64,000 nucleotides of DNA from Octopus sinensis (lineage: Eukaryota), in the NCBI RefSeq assembly GCF_006345805.1, contig NC_042999.1:128960001-129024000 (forward strand), read 5' to 3'. Within the stretch, counting starts at the first letter, position 1. Every line of letters begins with the position of its first letter. Positions 13,400-26,260 of the stretch are shown piece by piece. The position numbers and the translations under genes were made by a program. The notes below the pieces were generated by a model. That model was not told the DNA's origin. It worked only from the letters and a program-made list of their open reading frames with translations, and searched no databases.

Positions 13400-13990
13400 G
13401 GGACTCTCCATCTCCTATTCTCCTCCTCTCTTCATTATTCTCATTTATCACTTACCCCCTCCCCCACTATATCTTTTCCATCATACTGCTTAGGTAATGA
13501 GAGATGTCATTACATTACCTCTATCTGTTTTCAATCCCCTCTTTTGCCACCTTCCCTTCTTTATTGCTAGCCATCATTCTCTCTCTTTCTCCATTTATTC
13601 CCTCTCTTATCATTCATTATTGACATCCATCCTTCTCATCACTACCTCAGACATTACTTCTTTTGTCATTCATTGTTGACATCCATCACTTTCTCTTCTC
13701 CCCCAGTTCCCTTTCTTTCTCATCACTCTCTTCCTTACACTATTCTCTCTTCTATAACCTCTCTCTGCTGTCACTCACATCATTACACTGCTCATGCTGT
13801 TTTCTATTCACTCACTTTACTAACAATCTTCATGTAGCTGTCTATTACATTTCCCCCTCTCTTCCCTTTTATCTCTTTCTTTCTTTTCCCCTTCCTATCT
13901 CTCTCCCCGCTCTCTCTCTCTCTCTCTCCTCCTCCTCTTGGCTACCATCTTATCTGGTTCTCTTTCATCAATCTTTTTTTCTATCAGCCA
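13400..13990. repeat. Pyrimidine-rich low-complexity tract
   Basis: C/T-dominated plus strand including (CT)n. Confidence 0.8.
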
Positions 13991-15410
13991 GGGTTGGTGA
14001 AGAAACAAAGACATGTAGATTAGAGAGAATATTTGCTAAGGACATGTGAAATGGTTGGCAAATGAACCAACAAACAAAAACAATGAAAGGTTGCTAGTGT
14101 TCTTTAGTCTTGCTTAGGACATGACAGTCACTCAAGAGCCATTGCTTTCATAGAAACATTCTATAAAGTGGTTTATTATAGAAGAGCATTCAAGCATAGT
14201 AAAACCAAAAATAAAATGTACAAGTAATATAGGATCCCTAACTTATCTAGGACAATAACTCCAAATATGAACTAATCCGGCCTATGATGGCTTGTCCAAT
14301 CTGTGCCAGTATAGAAAATCAGATGTAAATGATGATGTTAACAAGGATGACAATATTTGGAGTAATTTTCTTTTTCTTTGTGTCTTGTCTATGGGCATCA
14401 ACAATTATGGACCACAATACTTCCCTCCTGTCCCACACACAAATTCTCAAGTTACCGGAGGTTAGCTTTCTGTAACCAGCTGATAAGGTTGTCATATCTT
14501 CCCTTTGTATTCTCCAGTTTCTTGGTCAAGACAGTAAAATGCATTCAGTGGTAAAACCCCAGATTGAGAGTTCAGGAATTTGGGGGAATATCGAGTTAGC
14601 TCTTGATTACACAACTCCCAAGTTCATGTCAGCCAAGGTAGTAGTTCTTGTCAAGAGCCTCAATTTTGGTCAAATAGCAGAAAATAGCCTTGTGCAATAT
14701 GTCCCTGAAGATGTGGCTAAAATATACAGGGCTCAGAAGAGGACTGGCCTTCTAGACATATGTTACATAATCCCACTGGTGTGTAGACATGCCCTGATCT
14801 CATGTGAACTAGTCCCTCTGCCAAAAGGTTAAGACACTGTGCATCAAGAGTAAGCTCAGGGGAACAGAAGACTAGCAGAATAAACTGTAAATAACCAGTA
14901 GGAAAAATGAGAAAACACCTCTGTATCTATCCTAAGAAAAACTATGAATCTGCAAAATTTGGTGGAAGTACCAAACCTAGATGATGTGATTTAAAAATGA
15001 ATTTTAAAAATTAACTATTTAGAAATCAAGTTGATTACAGCAATTATGTTATATTCACTAGAACAATGTAGAACTCAACAGTAAAAGCTTTAAAGTTTAA
15101 TAGAAGAAGGGGAAAAACTGAAAGTGCATATTGTGGTAGTTAAGTATTTTCTAAAAGTATTGGCAATATTGTCCTAAATCCAAGATCTAAAAAGGAAATT
15201 GGTTCATAGATTTTATTCGCTTGAGTGCGAAACCATTTCAGATATCAAGGGGAGTTGTATTCTCAATAAAATTTCTGAAGAGGTTTCAAATTTCAATAGT
15301 AAATTATTGATGACTGCCTAATACAATAAACTTAATTAAATATTAGCTTTGCTGATGTGTAAACATATGTTTTACTGTGTACCTGTAATTCTGTATTCTT
15401 TGTTACTCAG

Positions 15411-15483
15411 TGGTTCAAGTATTGAGAACTGGCATTCTATACTGAGAATTGGTCTCCTTAATGCATCAGGAACAAAATATCAG
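15411..15483 (+). CDS. PARP6/PARP8: PARP6/8-like exon (GSSIENWHSILRIGLLNASGTKYQ)
   Basis: actcag|T GGT...CAG|gtaat; HGS.IENWHSILR PARP signature. Confidence 0.95.
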
Positions 15484-16529
15484 GTAATTCAGAGTCAGTT
15501 TTTTTCCAGTTATTAATAGAAAAAAATATGCGCTATTATCACAGGTGTGAACAATAAAAATTCCCTAATATGAATACCAGTCAGATGTTCTAGTTCTATT
15601 GTTTCTATTTGTGTGGAAAAGTAAACCAACTCCTATCAAATTGTATCAATGCTTGTCTTGATTTTTCCATGAGAATAGAACCAGAAACTATTTACAGGAA
15701 GTTAATTGTTGTCAAAATATTAATTGCTGTAAAGATATTAATTTCTTTTTATAGATAAAAATATATATACAAAAAGTAAAAGAATAGATTTTATAAAGCA
15801 ATACAAATGCTTGAAGTTAAATAAAGTATATATTGTGAACACACAACAAGTATGAGTTCAATATTTAACAAAACAGGTGATTATTGTAATGCTGTTTTGC
15901 TCCAGATCATTCTTCATAAAGGAGATGTATGATCAAAAGTATAGCAGCTGTATCCTACTTATAACATTCTTCCATCACATGATTTTTTTCCAGTTATAGT
16001 ATAACTAGAACTATACAACTAAACAGTAGGGTGGGACTTGGAGAAGACTTGACTTCTATTTCTAGTAAGCCAAGCTACAGAGAGACTTCCTCTTTGGCTT
16101 AAAATGATGCAATTGATTCTCAAAGCTAAGAAATAGAAGTCTACAAACAACAGATATTTAGACACCAGAAACAAGATGGGGATTTAATAACTTTGGCAAT
16201 ATGTCAAATTGTAATGACCATGTAAATAATTGTAATTATCAAGTATATAATTATAACAACCAAACAAATAATTACAAATGTGTAAGCATGACTTTATGGC
16301 TAAGAAATTTGTTTTGCTGCCAAATGATTCTATGTTTGACCTCCCTGTGTAGTACCTTTGCAAATACCTTTTATTATAACTTCAAGTTTATGAATTTCTT
16401 ATTTGCATTTATATATGTGTGCTTAGCTTTCACCAATGTATATAAGCAAAGAATGTAAACACTAGTGAGAAAACCAATAAAGTTGGTGCTCTTAGGACGA
16501 TGTCTTTGCAATATTTATTCTATAACATA

Positions 16530-16975
16530 AGGTGGTGAGCTGGCAGAAATGTTAGCATGCCAGGCAAAATGCTTAGTAGTATTTTGCCCATCTTTATGTT
16601 ATAAGTTCAAATTTTGTCATGGTCAACTTTGTCTTTCATCTTTTAGAGGTCAATAAAAATAAGTACCAGTTGTGCATTGGGGTCAATTTAATCATCTTAT
16701 CCCCATCCCCCAAATTGCTGGCCTTGTGCCAAAATTTGAAACTAATATACTATATCATAAGGCAGTGAGCTGGTAGAATTGTTAGCACGCTGGACAAAAT
16801 GCTTAGTGGCATTTCATCTGTCTTTAGGTTCTGAGTTCAAATTCTGCCACAGTTGACTTTGCGTTTTGTCCTTTCAAGGTCGATAAGATAAGTACCAGTT
16901 GAGCAGTGGGGTCAATGTAATTAACTTACACCTTCCCTTAAACTTGCTGGCCTTGTGCCAAAATTTGAAACTAAC
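16530..16975 (+). mobile_element. Two tandem copies of the second SINE family
   Basis: Copies at about 16530-16745 and 16759-16975, each from GAGCTGG(C/T)AGAA to TTGTGCCAAAATTTGAAACTAA. Confidence 0.85.
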
Positions 16976-17689
16976 ATTTATTCTATATCAAGTGAGACAT
17001 CCTGCCTTGTTACTCTGGTGATCAATAATGCAGTGAACCAATAATTGATTCGCTGGAATCCTGTAAGTGATAATGCTAGTGTCCAAACAAAGACAAGCAA
17101 ATTAGACAAGTTGTCATTTACATCATTAGCTCTAAATTGTATTCTAACACAGAAAACTTACTGAATAACCAGAAATACAAAGATGTGATAATCATTGCCA
17201 AACTGAAGTGACAAACCATTTAGAAATGTCATAGTTATAATTCCAAATTAAATTTCTGTCATATATTGTTGTTTAACCCTATGCCAGCACGAGCGGCTTC
17301 GAGATATCTTTCTCCTTTTAAGAGTATAAGGTGTGATATTTCTCACAGGGTGTGTAATTCCATAGTAGCTCCTTTATTTATCCATAACTGTCTTCCTTCA
17401 AAAGTTATCTTTTACTTATTTCAGTCATTAGACAGTGGCTATGCTGGAGCACTACATTGAGGAATTTTTAGTCAAATAAATCAACCCCAGTACTTTTTTT
17501 AAGCCTGGTACTTATCAGTCTCTTTTGCCAAACCGCTAAGTTACAGGGGACATAAACACACCAACATCAGTTGTCAAGCAATGTTGGGGGGGGGGGGGGG
17601 TCAAACACAGACACACAAATGTATATACACACACATATACATATATATATACACACACACACATATATATATATATATGGCATCCGTGC

Positions 17690-17954
17690 AGGTGGCATCC
17701 ATGCAGGTGGCACGTAAAATGCACCAATCCGACCGTGGCCGATGCCAGCCTCGCCTGGCACCAGTGCAGGTGGCACGTAAAAAGCACCCACTACACTCTC
17801 GGAGTGGTTGGCGTTAGGAAGGGCATCCAGCTGTAGAAACTTTGCCAGATAAGACCGGAGCCTGGTGCAGCCTTCTGGCTTCCCAGATCCCCGGTCGAAC
17901 CATCCAACCCATGCTAGCATGGAGAACGGACGTTAAACGATGATGATGATGATG

Positions 17955-17957
<3 letters not shown>
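17690..17957 (+). mobile_element. RTE LINE 3'-end fragment with (GAT)n tail
   Basis: Same conserved terminal module as the two longer RTE copies; other fragments at about 34010-34170(+), 35020-35160(-) and 46130-46255(+). Confidence 0.85.
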
Positions 17958-17989
<32 letters not shown>

Positions 17990-18828
17990 CACATTAACCC
18001 AGAGTTTCTACCTTTGAATAGGTCGCTTCATCCGTGTTACTTGCGTGAATTTTGCTACCCTGGTAACTGTTTATTGAATTTTCCATGTTAACGGTAAACA
18101 AAGGATAATTCATTCATCCATTTATGTATATATATATATATATATATATGATTTAGAAAAAAACACCTTTTATCAATTCAAAATGAACAATTAAATTACA
18201 TATAATAGAAATATTAAATATAAAATAACTATAATATACCGATGATTAAATAATGTGCAAAATAATAAATAATATTTGGTAGAATAACGCCACGTGTTTT
18301 GTGGTTATATTTAAGAAATGATTATAGTAAAAAAATTAATAGTAGTAGTAAAATCACTACGATATAAATATAGCCACTCATCAGGTTAAAAATAAACTGC
18401 AATAATAAAATAATTAATTAATAAATATACGTAAATAATCTTTTAAAATATAAATATATTAAATAATTAGAAAATGTGTGGTACACACAAACACCCTGTT
18501 GCAATGTAATTTTGTACATGTAGTAATATAACTATAAGGATACTTATATCACTATCTGTACATTTTGTTAATATCAAGAAAATTGCAGAGGCTAGTGGAA
18601 GGTAAAATCTGTAGAGAGCTTGACAGAATGCTTTGCAATATCTATTTACATATTCTAATAATCTAATTTTGAATCTCACTGGCATTGGCTTTATATTTCA
18701 ACCTTCTGAAATAAATGAAATAACTAACAAGTCAAGCATTGGAGTTGATTTAATCAATTGTATTCTTGTAGAAATGTTTAAAATCCATGTTAAGCTAATC
18801 ACTAAAGTCTGCTGAAATTTCTTGCCAG

Positions 18829-18957
18829 GTGAATGGTGCAGCCTACGGTAAAGGGATATACTTGAGCCCAATCTCCAGCATATCCTTTCGCTATTCTAAG
18901 ATGGGTCATGGCTTCTACACATTTCACACAGCTCCAAATACAACTACTATACCTCAG
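18829..18957 (+). CDS. PARP6/PARP8: PARP6/8-like exon (VNGAAYGKGIYLSPISSISFRYSKMGHGFYTFHTAPNTTTIPQ)
   Basis: tgccag|GTG...CAG|gtaag; YGxGIYLSP catalytic-Tyr motif. Confidence 0.95.
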
Positions 18958-20257
18958 GTAAGGCTGTAGCATTCTTCAGAGAGAGGGAGGGAGAGAGAAA
19001 GAGAAAATATGTGTGTATGTATGTGAATGTGTACTTACATGTAAGGATAATTCAACTCAAGATACAGGAAGTCATCTATGGGTACAAGTTATCTTATCTT
19101 TGTTTTCCTTATGTATTTTATGTTACCTCCCTGTTTTCTGTCACCACTGCGAACTGAATAATAACTGTGTATTTCCGTCAAACTTTGCTTTTGTTATGAT
19201 ATTTATTCAAATCCCAAAGAATCCCTCTCAACTCGTGGCTGTCATGCTCCCCCACTACTCTGCTCCTGATCAGAAATTCACATATTCTCAACCACTAAGG
19301 AACATATTCAAATGGTTATGGTCAAGCAACTGATAAGCAAATCTGTGATACTGTCAAAATATTTGCTATAACAATATTTCTGCTTCAGTAATTCAGCACT
19401 GAAATACAACAGAAAATGTAATGGAAAGTAGGTATGAAATGTAATGGAAAAGAGATCACTTTCAAAATATTGATATCCAGGTCACAAAAGTAAATTTTGA
19501 AGGGGACAGTAGTCATTTCCTTTGATTTCTAGGAAACAAATAGGAAACAACATTTCTGACCAAAGACATAAAAAATTAAAATTTTATTGCACAGTATAAT
19601 AGACATATTGCCTCGCTACTGTGGAACAGATAATTATACACATATACTAAAACGGAGTCCTAATGAATGAGGCACTATTCAGTTATAGAGGTTTCCTGCT
19701 ACATAAGAGCAATTTGCAACAGTGATTCTAAAATATTTTCATTCCAAAATTTCCTTGCCACTACTCTTCATCCCAGCCCCTCTTCTACACTATATCATCA
19801 CCCAGAAGGAAAATTGGTAACACAAAATTATAGAAGATAATTGCACAGTAATTTTCAAAATGGTAACGATAAACCCAACACCCATCCAGGAATACCATCA
19901 CTATTAACAGCCTTTGAGCAATCTCTGTAAGGAGGTAGAAAATAATACGAGAACTACTAAGGTATATTGAACTTGCAAGTGTTATGTCTTTAACTGGGGG
20001 TCAGTGCACACTGACGTTTGTAGGATAGCAACTGAGACATCACTGGTCAGTGCTTTTGGTTGCATAACAACTGCAAATCTACTTACTGTACAGTACAACT
20101 GGTAAAATATTGCCTGTTAGTGTAATGTATGATAGTTCTGTTGTGTAGTGGTTATTGTGTCTACTTTACATACAAAAGGTCACAAGTTCTAAGTTGTAAT
20201 GCAGCTGAGAACTTTATATAATAAGCTCATTGTTATTATAAAGTGCCTGTTCTTATA

Positions 20258-20472
20258 AGGGGGTGCTGAAAATATCCTGGCTTAGGGTAAAAGAAAATAC
20301 AGGAGGATCGGTTAATTGTGATTTTATTCAACACATTCTCCCCTCATATTTACAAACTTATTGCAGCAGTTCTTCAGTTTTTCTAAGCCCTGTAAAAGAA
20401 CTCAGGAATTGGACCTCCAACCAGGCTTTTATGCAATACCCTTAAAGCCAGGAACTTTTCAGCATCCCATCA
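20258..20472. mobile_element. Mariner-type MITE
   Basis: About 30-bp TIRs GGGGTGCTGAAAATATCCTGGCTTAGGGTA / revcomp GGGATGCTGAAAAGTTCCTGGCTTTAAGGGTA, TA-flanked, no ORF. Confidence 0.75.
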
Positions 20473-20575
20473 TACATTCGGACATCTTTTTCTTAATCAT
20501 TCTAAATTCAAATCAATAACGTTTTTTTTGTTTTTTTTTTACTATCTATCTGAGTTACATTTCTTTCTCTTACAG

Positions 20576-20630
20576 CATAAAAATAGATTCTTACAGAGTG
20601 ATAACATAAATTGTATAGCCCTATGTGAAG
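20576..20630 (+). CDS. PARP6/PARP8: PARP6/8-like exon (HKNRFLQSDNINCIALCE)
   Basis: ttacag|CAT...GAA G|gtagg; FLQS...CIALCE motif. Confidence 0.93.
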
Positions 20631-22489
20631 GTAGGTACCTGAGAAAAAATAATTACTTTATTACTATTTATTTTAAGTGAATGCCCAACGATAACATTAC
20701 TCATATTGTTTCATCCGTAAATATAAAACACTCTGACTAGAAAAGTGAATTCACATAATGATTTCATACTAAAAATTTATAAGGTGTAGCGGGGAAATTG
20801 ATTAAATATATACCACTATGTAGTTTGGATTTATTTTTTCAATCTTAGAGGATCAAAGACAAATTTTATTTTGGCAGAACTCTAAATGTTGAGGGACAAA
20901 ATGTAATGCAAAAAGAAAAAAAAAACGTATGTTATAAAAGTGAACAGTAAGAAACTGGTAAAAAAACAAAAAAGTATTTATTGTTGACTTTTTCTTATCC
21001 AGTAGGTTTCTTAACCCGATATATACTATCATTTATAGTATATCTACTCAAGATCCATAGTTCTAAAAATATAATGGCATTTCGAAAGGAACTCTTTTAT
21101 TTTTTCATCATTCAGATTTACAATACTAATAATTTTTCTTGCAATGTTTGAAAATGAATATGAAGATTTAATTCATGAAATTATAGAAATAATTATGGAA
21201 ATCTTAATAGTGTTATATTTTGGGACGATCATTTTTTCTCTAAACACACGCACTATTTATTTAATCTTCATTTTAGCTTTGTTATTATCATTAGTTATTG
21301 TTTATTTATTAGAGTTCTTTCGTCACAATCTGTGATCTCTTACACTACATGAATTTCAAAGAAATTGGGAAAATTTTAAGCCGTGCCAGAGTCGCCTCCC
21401 TTGATTTTTCCTTATCTTAGAGTTATTTTCCTTGTATATTTTGATTTCGTAATTTTGCACATACGACTCTAATTGGCGAGGCAAATTTAAACTATAATAT
21501 AATCAGAGTGTAAAAATAGACGTTCCCCAGCAATAAACCTACAATCTACATGTAGAAAAGTATACCAACGTAGAAAAACTGATACAATGAAGTTAAAAAG
21601 AAACAACGAAATACTTATGATAATACCATTGTTTAAGGAAAGATCCTTCTAAATAAATTTATTCTTGCCTTGTATCTTCGTAACGCATCAACCCAGGATT
21701 AGGTTCCTATGATATTTTTTACAATACAGTACAACAAAGTGATCCAACTGTTAATTAAAGGCAATGAAATTCATGCGTTTGTCCTTATAAATAATTCTAA
21801 TGTTGATGCTATCGAGATGGTTTCAATTCTACAACTTACGATATTTGTCTAATTAATCCATAGAAATAATAATAAATTTGTCACATATTTTTTTTTAAAG
21901 AAAGATTTCATGATATTTCATCAGAGACATTAAACATCTAATAATTTTGTATTTGATGCTATGAAGCTCAGGAAAATATTGACAAAACTTATATTTCTTA
22001 CATTATATATGAATTAATATAATATTTCACTTGTGGAAATACATGATTCAATAAAAAATTTGGCAGTTTCAGGGCTAAATTTTACTTGGATGAAAGGCAG
22101 GTTATTCAAATTGCCATTATGTCAGTGTTTTAAAGAATGAATTTCAACATAAATATGTTCTGAAATATTTGGAAAATGGCATTATCTATAAAAAATTTAA
22201 AGGTAGTGAATTGACAGAATCTTTAGCATGTTGGACAAAATGCTTAGCAGCATTTTGTCTGTCTTTATATTCTAAGTTCAAATTCTGCCGAGGTCAATTT
22301 TGCCTTTCATCCTTTTAGGGTCGATAGATTAAGTACTAGTTGAACACTTGGGTTCAGGTAATTTGAAACCATTATCTATGGAAGATTTTAAATCTCATAT
22401 CTACAAGTTCACTAAATTCTTTAACAATTGCTCTTGAATTGTTGAAACCAGTGTCCTTGATTTCTTACTTAGACCTATCATGTTCCCTA

Positions 22490-22520
<31 letters not shown>

Positions 22521-22575
22521 CATTATTATTATTAGGATCCATGTCCTAATTCCATTTTTAAAAATTTCATTTTAG

Positions 22576-22660
22576 TTGTCAAAGCTCCTGAGTTGGAAAA
22601 ACATGGCAATGTCTGGGTGTGTACAAAAAGTGAATATGTGTGTACTAGATTTTTCTTTGT
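22576..22660 (+). CDS. PARP6/PARP8: PARP6/8-like exon (VVKAPELEKHGNVWVCTKSEYVCTRFFFV)
   Basis: ttttag|TT GTC...GT|gtaagt; KHGxxWV...VCTRFFFV motif. Confidence 0.95.
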
Positions 22661-23257
22661 GTAAGTATGGAATGTTCTAATATTTTTTAGGTGGAACTAT
22701 TTAAATAATATTTTTCTGAATTCTGCTTTAAAATACTTTTTAATTTCTGAGTTTCTTTTTGAACTCATAAAATATCATGTCTACTGATTTTTATCTTGGT
22801 GTAATTAGTAATTTTTTTCATTCATGTATTAGGAAACTTTAGTTTTTCTAGAACTAATGCTCTACAAAACACTGTGTTAAATGGAAAGTTGAAGAGAAAA
22901 GCAAGTTTGTATAATATAAATAAGTTAAGGAGTGATGTACTGAATGTCATATGCAAAGCAATCTCAATTAATTGAAATTTCCCTGTTGCAGAAAAAAAAT
23001 CTGGCAGTAATGAGAAGTGAAGATAATTTGAAGAAGTTAAGAATCTTATTTAATAATTAATTTTCATACTTAGAGGAAAAATCAGTTCTTTGCAGGCAAA
23101 GAGTCAACTAAAGTGAAATCCATGAACACCCCCTAAACAATTATGTGAACCAATTTGACACTAAATTAAATCATATAGATTTAATTTCTGTAAACTGTTA
23201 CATATGTAACAGTTTCTCATTCCAAAAGTTTTCTGAATTCTTTTTGTTTCTTTTCAG

Positions 23258-23369
23258 GTATGAAGATAGCCAAGTTGGCAGCGCTGAAATTAATACGCAA
23301 AGGTCTGGGGTGGAATCTCAGATCTTGAAAGCAGTGCAATGTCGTATGAATGCCATGAGAGACAAATGA
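23258..23369 (+). CDS. PARP6/PARP8: PARP6/8-like terminal coding exon (YEDSQVGSAEINTQRSGVESQILKAVQCRMNAMRDK*)
   Basis: ttttcag|G TAT GAA GAT; homologous to YEDGQVGDANINTQ; TGA stop at 23367-23369. Confidence 0.95.
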
Positions 23370-25699
23370 CTTCAATGGTAACTTGGGCTTTCAAATATAT
23401 TTGCATATGAAAGGAATTTTTTAAAATTCCAATTTAAAATTTCCTATAAAACTTAAGCATTTTATTCAAGCAGATAAAATATATGTGATATGGATGGTAT
23501 CTATGATTTATAGAACCTTGACCATTTTGTTACTATATTTCTGCTGAAATAGACTGCCTTTATTTCATTTAATTTTTAAAATGAAAGAATTTACTAAAAT
23601 AACTTTGTCATTATTTATCTGTTCCTTGGAATTAATATGAAATTATGATGGAAGGTTTCAATTTAAATCACTTTTGAACAGGAAGTTTGTATTATAAGGT
23701 AAACTTGGTATAATATAACCTTGTGTTGAGGTATCTTTATATACAGAATCTTTAATAAGATCTCTATTTTCAATGAATTCTATCTTTGATAAGACTGAAT
23801 AACTTAGATCTAGGGACTGAGAAGAAAACAAAATGTAGCAAAATTTCAGTAGGAATTTCATGGAATTACATCTTTTTTGTATTAATATAAATAGTAAGAG
23901 AAGTATCAGCTCTGATAATGTACATCTACTGATCTGCTAAATGGTTCACTTGAGATGTCAGTGATGGTTTGTTTACTCAATGCTATAAAATCAAATTATT
24001 TTTGACTCACAAAATAAGGTTCTTTGAATCTTCTGATATGAACTTAAATATATCTGACAACATCTGTAATTTTGAGCTATTATTAGCTCTGCACCCTTTC
24101 CTTACAAACATTACTCAGTGGAGCTAGGAAATTATGGAAACAATTTCTATGATATAATGAGTTTCATGCAGAAAGAATCCTGATATGCAGGCTTTTCTAA
24201 ATCTATTTTTAAGTTTGTTAGCTTTTTCTTTTTTTTTAATGTATGCATTACTTTATTAATAGATAATGTATGGAACAATCCAACTAAAATATCCTTCCTG
24301 TTTATTCAGCAGATTTTGAGAAGAGGCTGCAATTAATACCAACTGGGTGATGATGCAGCCTTCTCTGTTACCTACTGTCAGATCTTGGAAGTTTCATTGG
24401 GCTGTATGTAAAGGGGTGCTGAGAGGGTATGGTTGTGACCACATAGGCTCCTAAAATAATTAGAAAATGTGTGGTACATGTTATCAAGTCATACAGCTTA
24501 AAAGATATAGCTCATAGTACATTTTTTAATGAAAGTTACAAAGGATTTTGCAATTATGATAGTTTTAAAATCTCTCTCCGCTTAACACACTTTGAATAAG
24601 ATGCTTGCAAAATAACACTTTTAAATAAATTGAAAAAACTTTTACTCTAGTTAAAAGTCATTTCTTTATTTTCTTGCAGATAATTGTCTTGATGGTCAAA
24701 AATTGCTGAAACAAACATGCTTCCCAATTCAAGCTGTGATATCTTCCACTCCCTCCAGCTCATCCAAGAACCAATAATGTTAGTGACTATCTCAAAATAT
24801 GTCAATTGATTTTTTTTTTATCTTTAAAAGAAAGCTGTTATAAGCAAAACAAGTCCAAAGCTAAACATGAACAAATAACACATATCATCACCATATTCAT
24901 TGTCTGGGAATAAAAACACTATAACATGTACAGATTGAAAGTAATAATATAACCTTTCCTACAGAGTTCTTTTCATGGTTGTTGATAATTTTCATCATAT
25001 GATGAATATTGTATAGATTTCTTTGAATTGTTTTTCCCTTTTTATATCAACTATAGTATTTATTATGTGCATCAAAATTCAGACATTAATTCTCTTTCCC
25101 CAATGTCCTCTACTTTGAAATGAAACAGTGTAGTGGTAGGTAATGAAAGAAACACACACTCAGACACACACATATATATATACCTGAAATAATATGTAAT
25201 ATAAAAGAGAGAGAAATAGATGTTTTCCATTCAATAGTGCCGAAACTTTGAAGGAAAAAGTCAACTTCAAGCATCAATGGTAAAAGATTAACAGCAGCAA
25301 GTTAACAACCTCTGCTTGATTCTATAATTATGGCAGACAGGAACAAAATATTGGTTGTACTTTGTAGTTGTTAAGGAGAGAGAAATTTAGTTTTCATTGA
25401 AGCAAATTTTATAAATGTTCTTGATATGAGAATTTATGAAAAACATTTTATTCCTTTTCTCTGTTTTTGAAAAGCATTATTCTCTGTGAATAACATACAA
25501 AAGATTTCTTCCATCCTAATAGATTATTCTAATTGTTAAAACAATATTCTTCTCTTGTGAAAGAGCAACTTTTCATAACTACTGCATCTTGTGATTCCTC
25601 AATGAATGAATATTTTCACAGATATCACTTTGGTAATATAACTATTTTATTAAGACTTCCTGAATTTTATTTTTCATTATTTGTTTCAGCATCACCAAG

Positions 25700-26260
25700 A
25701 TATTGTCATACTGATTTAAAATGAAACAGTGTTGCTGAAAGTACATATGCAATATAGTGCACAAAGTTGGTGCAGGGAACATTAGCTATAACATAATGCA
25801 TAATGTGTAACAAAATACATGTACCATAGCTATGTATCACTGCAATGATGTATAGTGTGATATATATATGTATATACATGACTGTTATGATGCACACCAT
25901 GGTATATACACCATTGCCAAGATGTGCACCTTTGTTATATGTGTATATATATATATATATACACTGCTACATAAACAATAGCATTCATGGTACATATTGC
26001 TCAACCTGGTATATTCCACACCACTTCTGTAATGTACACTATGGTATATAGACCATTCCCATCATTTATTTATGGTATATACACTCAGCAACAGTATTCA
26101 ATATTTTACATGTTGACTATCATGGCTGGGTGTATATACCATGAATATATGAAAGCCATATATATAGCACTATCGTGGTGTACATTATAGTATACTCCAC
26201 TGCCATAATGTTTCTATTTATATACATCAAATTTACAGATTGTGGTGTATATAGTTCTGC
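25700..26260. repeat. Low-complexity AT-rich degenerate repeat (CCAT/ATGG..TATATAC motifs)
   Basis: Repeated ATGGTATATAC-like words. Confidence 0.5.

Larger units (their letters stand above)
1622..23369 (+). other. PARP6/PARP8: Gene span (3' part) of a PARP6/PARP8-like mono-ADP-ribosyltransferase: 11 coding exons, 1065 nt including stop (354 aa); N-terminal exons lie upstream of the window
   Basis: join(1622..1717,2504..2596,6518..6643,8402..8535,9681..9729,10587..10699,15411..15483,18829..18957,20576..20630,22576..22660,23258..23369). All introns are GT-AG with consistent phases. Spliced peptide contains RIPTLNEYCVVCD, AFHGSSIENWHSILR, YGKGIYLSP, CIALCEV, VCTRFFFVYED, as in vertebrate PARP6/8. 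Confidence 0.95.

Noticed and set aside
14539-14832. 97-aa ORF in a PARP intron
   Set aside because: It has no recognisable motif or splice context; it is probably an old repeat remnant that I cannot classify.
17989-18040. Possible hammerhead variant (revcomp CGGATGA..GAAACTCTGGGT)
   Set aside because: U4 is changed and no clean stem I pairing was found; it is mentioned only as context, not called as a ribozyme.
23251-23263. CAG|GTATGA at the last PARP acceptor as a recursive splice site
   Set aside because: The GTATGA is dictated by conserved Val-Tyr-Glu codons.
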